Shown: positions 49,001-62,800 of the stretch, in pieces
How the letters are laid out: every line of letters starts with the position of its first letter
Position numbering within the stretch: position 1 is the first letter of the stretch
Assembly (NCBI GenBank): GCA_030265395.1
Contig: JARFYF010000001.1
Span: 35,989,176-36,053,175 of the forward strand
Source: Rhina ancylostomus
Lineage: Eukaryota
Direction of reading: 5' to 3'
DNA length: 64,000 nucleotides
Notes under the pieces: generated by a model
Databases searched by the model: none
Seen by the model: the letters and a program-made list of their open reading frames with translations, nothing else
Told to the model about the DNA's origin: nothing
Program-made: the position numbers and the translations under genes

Positions 49001-50004
49001 ACATGGAAAAGTTGGCTAAAAGATCTAATATTGTATTAGTATCTTTCTGGAGGAGGCCCTCCAGATAAACACCCAGATGGCTGAGCAACCAAATAGGTAT
49101 AGCAATGAGTGCCATGGATCAAGTCACAAGGAAATGGATGTAGTGCAACAAAAGGTTCACACTTGTGGGCATGATCAACAAATGCATCAACTAATGCCAC
49201 ATTGCAATTAAAGTGCCATTAGTCTCAGCAACTGCTCCATTCACAATATCACATCTCTCACCCAACAGCCATCAATCACCACTCATACCTCACCCTCGTA
49301 AACTTAACACTGCTGCAAGTCTCATAATATAAGATAAGATAACTTTATTAGTCACATGTACATCAAAACACACAGTGAAATGCATCTTTTGGCATAGAGT
49401 GTTCTGGGGGCAGCCCGCAAGTGTCACCATGCTAACCGCTACGCTACGGTGCATGCCCTTACCTTGTAAGTTGACTGATGGCTAAATACACTATCTAAAT
49501 GATAACCATCACCATGTAAACCCATTCTATGACTTAAGTTAATATTTGTCTTNNNNNNNNNNNNNNNNNNNNNNNNNNNNNNNNNNNNNNNNNNNNNNNN
49601 NNNNNNNNNNNNNNNNNNNNNNNNNNNNNNNNNNNNNNNNNNNNNNNNNNNNGCAGAGAAAAGGGAGGTGTGAAGAAAACAAACAGAATCTCTGTGATAG
49701 GGTGGAGACGAAGGGAGAATGATTTACACCAGTGGTGGTGAACCAGCTGAGAGAGTGTGGTGAAGCCTTGCCTGGAAGTGTCGTAATTGGACAGAGATGA
49801 ATGTGAACAGAGCAGGAAAAAATATAATGGAATTGTGAGATACCGAATGTTGCAGATGCTGGAAACCTGAAATAAAACAGGGCTTGCAGGAAATACTAAG
49901 TTGGCTTGCACACAACCTGTCAACTCATTTGTCTGTTTGCACAAATGCTGCCCAGCTTGCTGAGCATTTCCAGAAAACTTGGTTTCTATTTCTGGAAACC
50001 TATA

Positions 50005-51107
50005 GACAGCCTAACTATTTAAGAAAGGAGGGAGAAAGAGAACAGCGAATGACCAATCTTTAGCCAAACATCAGAAGTAGGGAAAATGCTGGAATCTATC
50101 ATGAAGGATGTAATAACAGAACACTTAGGAAAGAATAACATTCATGAAAGGGAAGTCCTGTTTGACTAAATTAATGGAGTTCTTTGAGGACTTGACCAGA
50201 AGAATAGCTGAGGGGACTCCAGCGGATGTGGTGTACTTAGACTTTCACAAGACTTTTGGTCAGTCCTTAAAAGGGAGGTTAATCAACCTGGTTGGAGCAC
50301 TTTGAATTGGGAGTAATATACTGGCATGGATTGAGAATTGGTTAGCAAATAGAAGATAAAGAGTGTGATTAAAAATGTCTTTCTCAGGCTGTGACAGATG
50401 AGCTATACAGGAATCAGTGCTTTCCCCCAGCTCGTCACAATTTATACCCACAACTTGACTGAGGAGACCACGTGTCCTATTTCCACGTTTGCTGATGATA
50501 CAAAGCCAGGTGGATTCTGCGTAGGGCGGAGGATGTACAGCGGCTTCAAGAGAATGTTAAGAAACTAAATGAGCGATGTCATTAATTTGATGCCATTAAG
50601 CTGGAAAGAGTACAGACAAGTTTTTTTGAGGATGTTGCCGGGACTCGGGGGACTGAGTTACAGAGAGAGGTTGAGCAGGTTGGGACTGTTTCATTGGAGC
50701 ATAGGAAAATGAGGGGTGATCTTATGGAGGTGTATCAAATCACAAGGGGCAAAGATAGAGTCAATGGGCACAGTCTTCTTGCCAGGGATAGGGAATCAAG
50801 AACTAGTGGGCAGATGTTTAAGGTGAGGGGAGGAATTTAATAGGAACCTGAGGGGCAACTTTTTCACACTGAGAATGGACAGTATATGGAATGAGCTGCC
50901 AGAGGAAGTGGTTGAGGCAGGTATATTAACAACATTTAAAATGTACTTGGACAGGTACATGGATAGGAAAGATTTAGAGGGATATGGGCCAAATGCGGGC
51001 AAATGGGACCACCTTAGATGCAAATTTTGGTCGGCTTGGACCTGTTGGGCCGAAGGGTCCACTTCTGTGTTCTCGGACTCTTATGACTCCACGACTATGA
51101 CTCTATA
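50005..51107 (+). mobile_element. CR1 LINE 3' region (composite, internally deleted)
   Basis: SCLTKLMEFFE, DVVYLDFHKTF, FADDTK, WNELPEEVVEAGILTTFKMYLDRYM; tail gactatgactctata. Confidence 0.88.
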
Positions 51108-54100
51108 ACAGTGACGATGAAGAAAACTCTTATTCAGTGTCACTTTCCTCATCATTTGTTAAGATGTTGGCATGACATATAATCTAAAGAATATTTATGA
51201 TGTATAACTTGGAGGATTTTTCATGCCTCATCTACCAGTGAAGCACAATCAGAAGTCACCCAATATCTGGATGCTATAATGGAAATTCAGATTTCTGTCA
51301 CACATTGTTAGCTTGCTGCCACGCACGCTCACTCTGCTGGCATCAGGGCTGTGGATGCAAGTTTCCAAATGGCGTTTCCAGGATCCTATTCAGTTCAATA
51401 GATTATTAGGATTGCTCAAGTTCCACATTGGAGCTGTGGCACTGGCTATGTGGAGCATGAACCACCTCTCTCCATGTGACTGTATTTGTTTTCCTATGTC
51501 TGTCACTTCATCAACACCCTTGGTGTCACCTAACAGGCGGCCAGGCCAAACTACTGCCAACATGCCAGGATGGTTTCTCTAAGGCCCAGAGTTACTCAGG
51601 GTTATCCTGCAAAGCCATCTGCAGTCTTTCACGTTGAAAGCCAGCAACCCTCCACCAATTATGCTACAGCCATTGGATTACCAATGAGAATCACTAGGAC
51701 AGGGAAAGGCATAGAAAGCAGACAGTAAAGGCAAACAGATGAATGATTAATTGATGCTTCCATCTTAACACGGTAAGCTTTGCTTCATAAATTAGGTTTT
51801 GAAAATTTAATTTATGTTGGAGTTTAGTTATTCATTGTGGTCCTGGCCCCTGTGATGGTCAGTGACAGAGGGAGAATAAGGTATGGGAGCATTGATGGAT
51901 GTGAAAATGGGGTTGCATTTATAGATATCACAGAGAGATATGTTGTTCAAAGATAACACTGGTGGGAAAGTTGCCAGCGAAGCTGTCTCGTCACTTCCTT
52001 AAATGGCCTCTTGAACCATGGGGAAGCCTGCAAGCCTCGCAATGCTGCTTCCTCCTTCTGTCTGCTGCTATTTGATAGGAGATACTGAAACAAGTAAGTT
52101 TCTTTAAACAGAGAGAGTTAGTCCATTTTGCAACAGTGAAAGCAAACAGTTGCAACTATCTTTGGAAGGAGTAGGATATCTACATTTATGGTTAAAGTCA
52201 CCTTGACAGCCACTGGAAATTAAGTTCTAACCCGAATGATATGTCTCTGCAGTGGCTGGTTTAAGTGAAGATGTCATACTTAGCACAAAGAAGTGCATTG
52301 ATGGCCAAACCNNNNNNNNNNNNNNNNNNNNNNNNNNNNNNNNNNNNNNNNNNNNNNNNNNNNNNNNNNNNNNNNNNNNNNNNNNNNNNNNNNNNNNNNN
52401 NNNNNNNNNNNNNNNNNNNNNNNNNNNNNNNNNNNNNNNNNNNNNNNNNNNNNNNNNNNNNNNNNNNNNNNNNNNNNNNNNNNNNNNNNNNNNNNNNNNN
52501 NNNNNNNNNNNNNNNNNNNNNNNNNNNNNNNNNNNNNNNNNNNNNNNNNNNNNNNNNNNNNNNNNNNNNNNNNNNNNNNNNNAAAAATCCCATAAAATAA
52601 TCATCTCCCACAACAGTGTTCAGTCATCTTCCCTTGACATGAAATGGTATTAACATTGCCAAATCCCAACATTTCACCATTATTTGTTCTTGTGCCTTTA
52701 CATGAAAATGTTATTTAATCAGCAGCTTTTTAAAGATGCACAAAATAAAGGAATAATCATACTAAAGTTCAGTTAACATAAATGAAAACTTTTTTTCTGT
52801 TTAAGCAGTCTGTAGGGCTTCTAGCTAAATACTCATTTGGTTTCAAAGCACCGATTAGATGATCAGAAGAGGACACTCACTTAATGGCCATTAAAATTGG
52901 TAAAATAGACCACACAGTTTTAGTAATGTAGGTGGATATATTTTTATTTGATCTGTTAATGCTGATAACCTTCTTGAGAATTTGAGAAATGAGAGGAAGG
53001 GTTTACTGCAGATGAAGTAACATTTCACTAAAAAACATTATGATGAGTGCAGCAAGTAATGTTGGTTTCTCCCTTTTTCTCCAAGCCGTTTCTCTGCTGA
53101 AAATGACTACATTCACTGATAAGATATCTAAAGAACTGACATAGGTTTGTCATAATTCATTCATAAGTAACTGCAATTAATTCATTTTTTCCAAAACAAA
53201 TTCCTGGTGGTGACATTAATTCTGCATGAGGTGGATATTTCACTCCTCTGTTTATAGGTCTGTTTTAAATGGAAGTAAATTTTATACAAGCTGAGCATCT
53301 GAGCTGGAGTAAACATGGCACAATAATCACATACCTGCATTTATATGGCATCCTTCATGGTCCTCTATAAGCTTTTAGGTACTGTTTGCACTGTTGTAAT
53401 ATTGAAACCATAATATAGAGAAGCAAATTCTGGATGAAAAGTATAAGAAAAGAGATGGAAACTTCCAAATTACTTGTAGGATGCTTTTGAATAATTCTAG
53501 ATATCAATAAAACAGCAGTAACAAACTTCAATATGATTTCTACTTTTACAAGATATTCCTTTTTCATTTTTTTAGAATGTGGCTGAATTCTTGAAATACA
53601 GTGCTGTTTCAAATTGTAAGTCTATTACATAACTTTGAAAAGGTTTAAGAAACAACAGTGTTAATGATATTAGTGTGTTAATGTGTGCTCAGAATGCGTG
53701 TCTGCATGTTTCTGTTTATTACATGTGTGCAGCAGAACCTGGGCCCTAAAAATCTTGGACCACCTTGCCATTAATTGAAGAGCTTGCTCTCTCAATTTTA
53801 TGTGGTAGCTGATGTGCAATGATCACCTAACATTGAAAGAATTCACGCATAGGCATCTTCCACTTGTCTGTCTGGAGTGGAAGCAAGTTATCCTCAACAG
53901 CTGTTGACGAAGGGAAATAATCATTCAGAAATAATTGGTCCAGCCATATAAACACTACTGTTAAAGAAAATCTAAAACTGGGTATTCTGCAGTGAGTGGC
54001 TCTCTACCTGAATACTAAAACTTTCAATTTTCCACAAAGTACAAGGTTGTTGGGAGTTGGAATACTTTCCATTTGCCTGGATGAGTGCAGCTTCAATAAA

Positions 54101-57100
54101 ACTGAAGAAACTGAGCACAATTCTGAACAAATCAACTCACTTATCACTTCCTCAACTACTGGTGCACTATGGCTGCAGTGTGAATGATGGTATTTGTTTA
54201 TTATTGTCACTTGTACTGAGGTACAGTGAAAAACTTGTCTTGCACACCAATCGTACAGGTCAATTCATTACACGGTACTGTTATATTGGGTTAGTACAGA
54301 GTGCATTGAGGTAGTACGGGTAAAAACAATAACAGTACAGAGTAAAGTGTCACAGCTACAGAGAAANNNNNNNNNNNNNNNNNNNNNNNNNNNNNNNNNN
54401 NNNNNNNNNNNNNNNNNNNNNNNNNNNNNNNNNNNNNNNNNNNNNNNNNNNNNNNNNNNNNNNNNNGTACAGGTCAATTCATTACACAGTGCAGTTACAT
54501 TGGGTTAGTACAGAGTGCATTGATGTAGTACAGGTAAAAACAAATCTACAAATAGCTCTACAGTAATTTACCATCTCCTTCAATGGAACCCTGCAGATCT
54601 GTGACCTATATCACCAAGAAGGACAAGAGTAGCAAGCACATGGGTAAAACGCCATCACAAATTGACTTCTAAGTCACACAACAAACTAACTTTGACTCTA
54701 TTTCAAAAAGTCAATCTTAACAACACTGTGGATGTACAATAAGAAAATAATCAGTCCATTTACTCAAGAGCATTTTGGGATCTGGATTAAAATCTAGCCT
54801 TGCCAGTGAAGCCCACATCATATGTATAAGGAAAGTAATATGTTAAGTAGTATTTTGTTGGTCACAATGAAAAACATTAGTCAGCCATGATTTGCCTCCA
54901 GCAATAGTTTTTACCTCCTGCTGAATTGTTTTCCCCCATCCCTATTTCTCACTAAAATATTCACTTAAATATGCCAATCTTCCATAATCCCTTGCCTTTA
55001 ACCTTAAAGATTTTTCTTGTCCTTGGCTTTGTCTATGCATTGTCACAGGGAATCAACTAATGAAATGTTGAATTTAATTCAAGGAGCATTGAGCCAGAAC
55101 TTGTTTGGAAATACTGATGGTTCCACGCTGACCAGCCAATATTTCCAAGTGTAAGTACCAGCAAGTTTAGGGCTCTCATTCAAGTGCAGAAGTGCTGAAA
55201 TTTCTAGTCACCCTATGTTGTTGCTTTGCCAACTGTGCTGCATTGTTGAATTCTTCATGCCATCCAGAGGAAGATGTAGCACAATTACTCAGCACCAACA
55301 TTGTGGAATGTGCCCAGGAAACTTATGTTTTGTTGGGCCTGGCACAGGATGAGTAAGTTTTCAATGCTGGCAGAGACATATTAAAAAGATGGTGTATTAA
55401 CAATACATGGATAATTAGGACATTTAAAATTCATAGAATATTTTATGTTTTATCATACAATTTAGTATTAGTCTTCTGTAGTGTTCATTAATAGTTATTA
55501 AGTTTACAGTCAATACCTCACATGAAAGAAAGTATAAACAATCACAATTCCATGAAAACTCCTTCAATGGATAATGCAAGACCTCATATGATCCTCATAT
55601 CTGTTGATATTGAATAACATAAGAACTTATGAACAAGAACGATATGCTTATACACAAACTATTATTAGTATATCTCCATGTGTGGATACAGTACAACTAT
55701 TATGAATTTAAGTGATGTACTAAATACTTAAAAGACAAAATAAATGGCAGGCTATGGATTTTTCCCTGAGACATATTCACAGCTTAGCAGGCACAATTGG
55801 AAGAAAATGACAGATAACTGCAGCCACATTGTCCAAAAAACAAAAAATTCAAGTCAAGCTTGTGGTTTCAGAGTTTCATTTTTTTGCATAATACCGTGTT
55901 AGAAACAACTATGATTAGGGTATCACAATTGTTTTAATGGCTGCTGATTGCACAACCACAGGGATTCTCAGCAACAAATGCTTCTGAAAGCTCCACAAAT
56001 TATGGTGAAACTGGGTCTTCTGGGTTTCTCATCTGAAATTCCACCCATCATTGGCCCTTGTTAATGTACAGGATAATATGGAAGTGTCAGCTCTTTGCCA
56101 AAGATCTTCTGTCTTCCATCAGTTCTGGGTTTTCCTTTGTTTTAATCTTTATCTTTAATAGTGCAATAACGTCAGCCTCAACCATTCTCTGTATCAAAGA
56201 CTTCTGACATCCCACTATTTTTTTGCATTAGAACATTTCTAACTTCTCTCCTCCCTCTCTGATATTTTAAAATTGATGACTCTCGCTAATTAAACCCCAA
56301 CCAGAGGGATTTGTTTATCCCTATTCATCCTTTCAAAAAAGTAATTTTGACAACTTCTAATCATGCACCTATTATCTTTCTGCAGCAATTCAAGTAAGCC
56401 TTGTGTTCCACTTTTCTCCAAATAACTTTGTTATTTTATTCCTAACAACATCCTGCTGAATCTGCACTGTATGTTGTTTATCACTTTTAGGTGCCTCCTA
56501 TAAAGAAGCATTTAAACTGCACACCTTTCCTGTGGAGTGTTACTTAAATATTGCCTTGCACACATTTATCACTACTTCTTCGCTCTTGTACCCTCTACCA
56601 TTTTTACAAAGTCAAACTATTTTTATTTTCTTACAGCTTTATTTAGTCTCATTTATATTCTCAAGATATATATTTGCTTTTGTTATTAATGGCAGAAGCC
56701 ACCTACTTGTAATAAATTACTGATGCCATAATCCTTCAGGGGATGGGCAGCACAGTTCTATCTTTGAAAACTGAGTTGACTGTTTCCAGGAAGAAATTTT
56801 TCATAGCACCGAGGAGGTCATTTGACGTGTAAAGTCCACATTGGCTTAATGTGAGAACAATCCAGGTAATACCACTCCGCTACCTTCACCCCATAGCCCT
56901 TATATGCTCTCACATTGAATTGACAACAACCAGCTAATTCAGTTATAACCCAGAGAAATGCAAAATCCCTTATAGGACAGTCAGATGTTTAGGTACACTT
57001 TAGATGGGCTTTATTTTCTTTTTAAAATATATGTGTCGATATCATGAAAATGGTAAAAAATTTACAGGGAAATTGATAATCAAGGGAAGAAAATTCAGCA

Positions 57101-58727
57101 GTAAATATACATATTTCAAATTATACAGCTTGTATATGCCTGCTGGTAACCTATTAGGGTAATACTTGCATGAGTTTATTTGTGTTATTTTAATGGTGCT
57201 TATTGGATACACAAGGCATGATGCAAAAAATTCTTGCCTTGTTTACATCACATGGCTAAATGNNNNNNNNNNNNNNNATTTACTCCATGGCAAAATAACC
57301 TTTTTTTTTGCATATGTATTATTGGAATTCTGACAACTTCTCCTCTCTTTCCTCTACATGCAATTTGAAATTAGTTTCTTTTAAACTATATTCCCAAAGT
57401 TTAAAAATATAATTTTATAATTATTTTAGGAAATTGTTTGGTAGGTTACAATTTCAAAATAAAATTGGCCTAGGAACATGAATATGCTAAAAGAACCAGA
57501 ACACAATTTAGTGGTTATATTATACTAATGGAAAATTCTCTTATTACTTTTTAATCCATACCTGTATTTCTGTAAGTATGCAAGTTTCAAAGCCTGTTTG
57601 TATGACACAATGTTTTAAGATAATTATTGTATTTTATCTGGAGATCAGCCTGTGTATCAAACACCATTACAGTAGTTAATCCAATCTGAATGATAAGGCA
57701 TTATTTACTGCAGCCAAATGAAAGAATATGTATTTTTTCTTGGCTCCTCCATCTCTTTTCATTTATGACTTCAACTTGAGAAATTTCCATTGGGTCTTAC
57801 AAATAATTGATGTAGTTTTCCTGAAGATGTAAACTGAATATCCAAGCTTAGAACCCATACTTATTTGAATTCTCTTGATACACAAACAGACACATGGGCA
57901 ACTATCTGGGTAAATCCTAAGGACCTGAAATAAATGTGACTTCACTGTGTGTCAAAAGTATCATGGACCTCAATTTGATATTCAGTAGGAAATTTGCTGC
58001 CTGGGAATTTGATAATTAGGAATGACAAATTCAGAAGCATTACGATCAATGAAATTCCATAAATAAGTAGTTCCTGACATTCTCTATGATTCATAATTTC
58101 AAGAAGAATATATTTTATCTTTTTGCACCAAATTTTACAAAAATATAGTCCTGAGATACTAATTTATATTTTTCCTGGTAATGAATTGTTTGTTTATATT
58201 ACTTTTAAATAAAGTTTTGTTGTAAAATTCAAGAAACAAATAAATATTTGAATTAGATACAGGAATAGGCAACTCGGCTCCTTAAGCTTGAATCTCCATT
58301 TAATAAGATCATGGTTGATCTGACTGTAATTTCAACATTGTTTTCCTGTCCACTCTTTTCATCATCTCACTTATCAAGAATCCACCTACGTTTGCCTTAA
58401 AATGATTCAAACTCTCTATTTCCACCATCCTTAATAATATTTTTAACAAGACCAATGATCATAAGTCAGCATTGCAGTTATAAAACTTTCCCTCCAAAAA
58501 TATATTTATTTAATTGTCAGGCATGGAAAACACTGGTGGACTGGGAACCAACAATCATTCAAACAGGCAATGAGGAGTCTATTCATTTTCCTGGCTTTGC
58601 AGAAATGTGGTTTGCAGTGAGGATATTAAGGAAGCCTATGATGGTAGTGCGAAGATGAGACACTTGGAGGCAGGAAATCATGTATTAATATCTCCAGGAA
58701 TATATGCAGTGTTGGCTTATGTTTTAT

Positions 58728-59885
58728 TGTCAAAGTCAAAATTGAGTTTATTGTCATATGCACAAGTACATGTATACACAGGTGCAACGAAAAACTTATT
58801 TGCAGCAGCATCACAGGCACATGGCATCATATAAGCAGCATTCACAAGAAAAATTAAACATAAATTATCCACACTTTTTACAAGAACACAATTAGATCAA
58901 AAAAAAACATTAGGTCCATTTTAGTGCAAAGTGATCAAAGAGGTCATAGTGTTGCTAAACTGCAGTGATTAGGGTTGTGTTGGTTTGTTCAAAAACCGAA
59001 TGGTTGAAAGGAAGTAGCTGGTGATGTGGGACTTGAAGCTTCTGTCCCTCCTGCCTGATGGTAGTTGTGAGGAGATGGCATGTCCCGGATGATGGGGATC
59101 TTGCTTGTTTAAGGCAGACCCTCCTGGAGATACTTCCAATGGTGGGGAGGGATGTGCCTGTGGTGTCCAGGGCTGAGTCCACTACTCTCTGCAGCTTCTT
59201 ACATTCCTGTGCATTTGAATTACCATACTAGATCATGATGCAACCAGTCAAGATACCTTCAACAGCACATCTGTAGAAGTTTGTTAGAGTGTTTGGTGAC
59301 AAGCCAAACCTCCTAATAAAGTAAAGATGCCGGCATGCCTTACTTGTGATTGTATCTCTGTACCAGGCCTAGGACAGGTCATCCAATATGTTAATGTCCA
59401 GGAATTTAAAGTTGCTGACTCTCTCCATGCCTGATCTCCCAATGTAGATAGCCACATGTTTGCCCTCCTTCCCCCTCCTGAAGTCAACAATCAGCTCTTT
59501 AGTTTTACTGGCATTGAGCAAGAAGTTGTTGTTACGGCACCACTCAACCAGGTGTCCTATCTCACTCCAGTAAGCTGACTCATCACCACCTATGATTCAT
59601 CCAACAATAGTGGTGTCATTGGTGAATTTATACATGGCATCAGAGCTGTGCTTAGCCACACAGTCATCTGTGTATAGCAAGGAGAACAGTGGGCTAAGCA
59701 TGGATCCTTGAGGTTCACCTGTGTTGATGGTCAGGGAGGAGACGCTGTTCCCATTCCTTACTAAATGAGGCCTGCCGATGAGGAAGTCAAGTATCCAGTT
59801 GCAGAGGGAATTACAGATGCCCAGGTCTTGAAGCTTGATGATGAGTTTGGATGGGGTGATTGTATTGAACACCTGAGCTGATGAA
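58728..59885 (-). mobile_element. 5'-truncated Rex1-like LINE
   Basis: [17 protein letters not shown]...LCNWILDFL...[20 protein letters not shown]...[11 protein letters not shown]; AATAAA plus (TTTGAC)n tail at 58728-58753. Confidence 0.9.
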
Positions 59886-62800
59886 CGGCAGCATATACTG
59901 TATGTATATTGGATATATATTTTCTGTACAGTACCATATGTCTGTCCCCCAAAGTAAGGACCATATTAAATTGCTGATTGTAAAAATGAGATGCATTGAC
60001 AGAGTCATTTAGAAACAGAGGAACAATGCTGCCCTTAAAACTTCTTTTATGAGTCTTGCTGCAAAGAATGTAGGAAAGTATGTTGTAGAAAAATGGAAGC
60101 TAAAGTAGATGAACACCACAGTGGTGATTGATATTTCAGAGTAATTCATGTTAGATAATTTCAGTAAATTATGAACATCTGATCTGAATTTTGATGGAGC
60201 AGTTTTCTTGACCAAGCTGCAGCTATCAATCTTCTATTTCTCAATTTTTCATATTTCTCCCTTATCCCTGGACAAAACTTTGAGCCATCTTCCTTGTAAG
60301 GAAGGAGATGTTAACAGTTTATTTATTTTACCTACGGGGCACTTACTGACTTTACCTTGTGCCTGCAATTATGCAGAATAGAACCAAGATCTCAGTATGC
60401 ATTCCTTGATGGTGATGATAGCTGCAGGAAACAAGCAAACATAGAGGACAATCTCTTATCATTACCTTAATGGTAGAATCTCAAGAAAGCAAACCTACAC
60501 ACAGAAGAGATAATAAAGAATCTCATTGTTTCTCTTGGACATTTCAGGGATATGTTGTACAATACTGTATGTAGAAAGGTAAACCTTGCTTTTTTAACAC
60601 AGCATTGGCTTAAGTCAACTTGTGACAGCTTACTACTCCAGCTAACTTCGTATGTCAATGTCTTTATTCTAGGACCATGGCTCTTCTAGGACAATGTCTT
60701 TATTCTATTGCCAGGAATTGCAAGGAGTAGAACTAGGATCACTGAGCTTGCAGTGTGCCCTATGGGAAATCTTCTGTTTGTGCCACACATTTGCTGCTTC
60801 TTTTGCCTCATTTATGACAATAAAACTTCAATTCAATAGCCTGTAAATTTATAATTTTGACTTCCCACTGTTCTAATTTAAACCATAATGAAATGGCTAA
60901 TGCAAGTCTTTAATTGTTGATGCTGCACTGATAACTTATATCTCCTTCCCATCTGTATCCCAGAAGAAATTGGACCGAGAGAATAAATAGTGTTGTGAAT
61001 GGCCTGTAACATCAAATTGCCATAGCAGGACAAGATCACATTGGCAAATAGAAATGTGATCAAGATACTCTTCTGGCATTGATTCTTGAAGGAAATTCTA
61101 GTCTTTCATTTATTTATTTTGGGCAATATAATTTGTGAATGAGAGTGATTTGAATGTAACCAGATAGCAAGGCTATTTTTCTATTTATATATTTCTACAT
61201 ATGAAGTCTTATAACTCAGCTCATTTTGTACATCAAGGTGCTAGACAGAGTCATCTACTCATTTCAATCTTTATCTATAATTCTTCAAATATGCAAGAAT
61301 GAATAATGCTCTCATATGTAATAAACTACAGAGCAAACTTGACAAACTTTTATTTCTCAGATATTGTAGGATAGGCATGAAAAAGGTTGAAAATCTACAC
61401 ACATATGTGAAAGAGATTATGAGGCAGGCAGATATTGGACATTTTCAGTTGCTATTAAAAATTAAATTCTTGATCAGCTGTATCTTTGCCAATTGCACCA
61501 AATATAATCCATATTGTTGTTTTTTTATGTTTTCTATTGCATAGTTCAAGATCATGCAGGTGTTATTGCAGGACTGAGCAATCTACCATCCATATTGTAT
61601 TGTATAACAGAAGCTTTGCTTTGGTTTGCAGATTGCCAAATCTCTTTTTCTTGTAAAATACAGGATAACCAACATAATTTTCTTTGGGACTGGAGGTAAC
61701 AGATTGCATGAATGTTGAAATGCATGCAAAGCCACAGAATCCAATCTGACTCTACAGTTGGAAAGGGTTGTCTTTTGTGAATAATCAAATGTGGTCTGTG
61801 ATACTTACAATGTTATCCATCTGTTGGTAAATTTCTCATGATAGCATCAAGACATGTTCATTCTGTCACAATTGACACTCCCCTGGTGCTTTGAGGCTGA
61901 CAACAATACACAAATCTGGTTGTTTGGTTTGGAATTTTTTTGTTTTTTTAAACGATGATTGAAATGCATCAATGTGACCCAATGCAACGTTTTTCTGTAT
62001 TTTCCCATTTTCACTGATTGAAATCTTACTTGGTAACTATATTAATTAAATTATTAACCTTTGCAAAAAGTTATAACAACATGCTAGCAAAGGAATATTC
62101 TTATATTTTGGATTCCGAAGGTACAATTTTATTATCATGTATGATGGTATTTCATCGTATAATCTCATGAATGTTTTGTATTATTTTGTTCATAACACTG
62201 CTAGTTTTAATATTCATTTCTAAAAATGTTGAACAATACCTGGGAATTCAGACTAGTGAATAATTAGGCTTGATTTATACAGAATACTTAAAGTTATTTG
62301 CTGAAGTTACACCTGTAGATCTTTCAAATAGACTAAAGTCAACAATAATCAAAAAAACAAATAAGATAGATTAAAAGATGACAACAATAACAAGATGATA
62401 AATGAAAAGCTCCATTTGCAGTTACAATGACAAGCAAAATCTTTTATCTGGCTGTTCAGCACCTAAGAATCTTTGTCAAATCATTTCACAAAATAAATCA
62501 TTATTGGAGTGCAGCTTCTTGTTCTGCAGTCAAATACAGAAGCAATTCTGTATCAGTCAACTCAGGCAAGCCAACCTGAGATGAATGGCCAATTACTCTT
62601 TTATTTGGTAATATTAGTTAAGGTAAGAATGTTAGCCAAAAATAAATAAAATACTTTGAATAAAATATGGCTTATAAATGATTGAACTACATCACTGGGC
62701 CATACAGTACATAAAGATAGTGGGAGGTAACAGTCAGAGGCTAAGAGTAAAAAAAAGTTTCTGAATGAAAAAAGAGCATGTGATATGGTGTTCCAAGAGT

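Noticed and set aside
54254-54540. ~70-bp repeat on both sides of a gap
   Set aside because: Tandem unit in a LINE/SINE 3' tail or an assembly overlap; not CRISPR-like.
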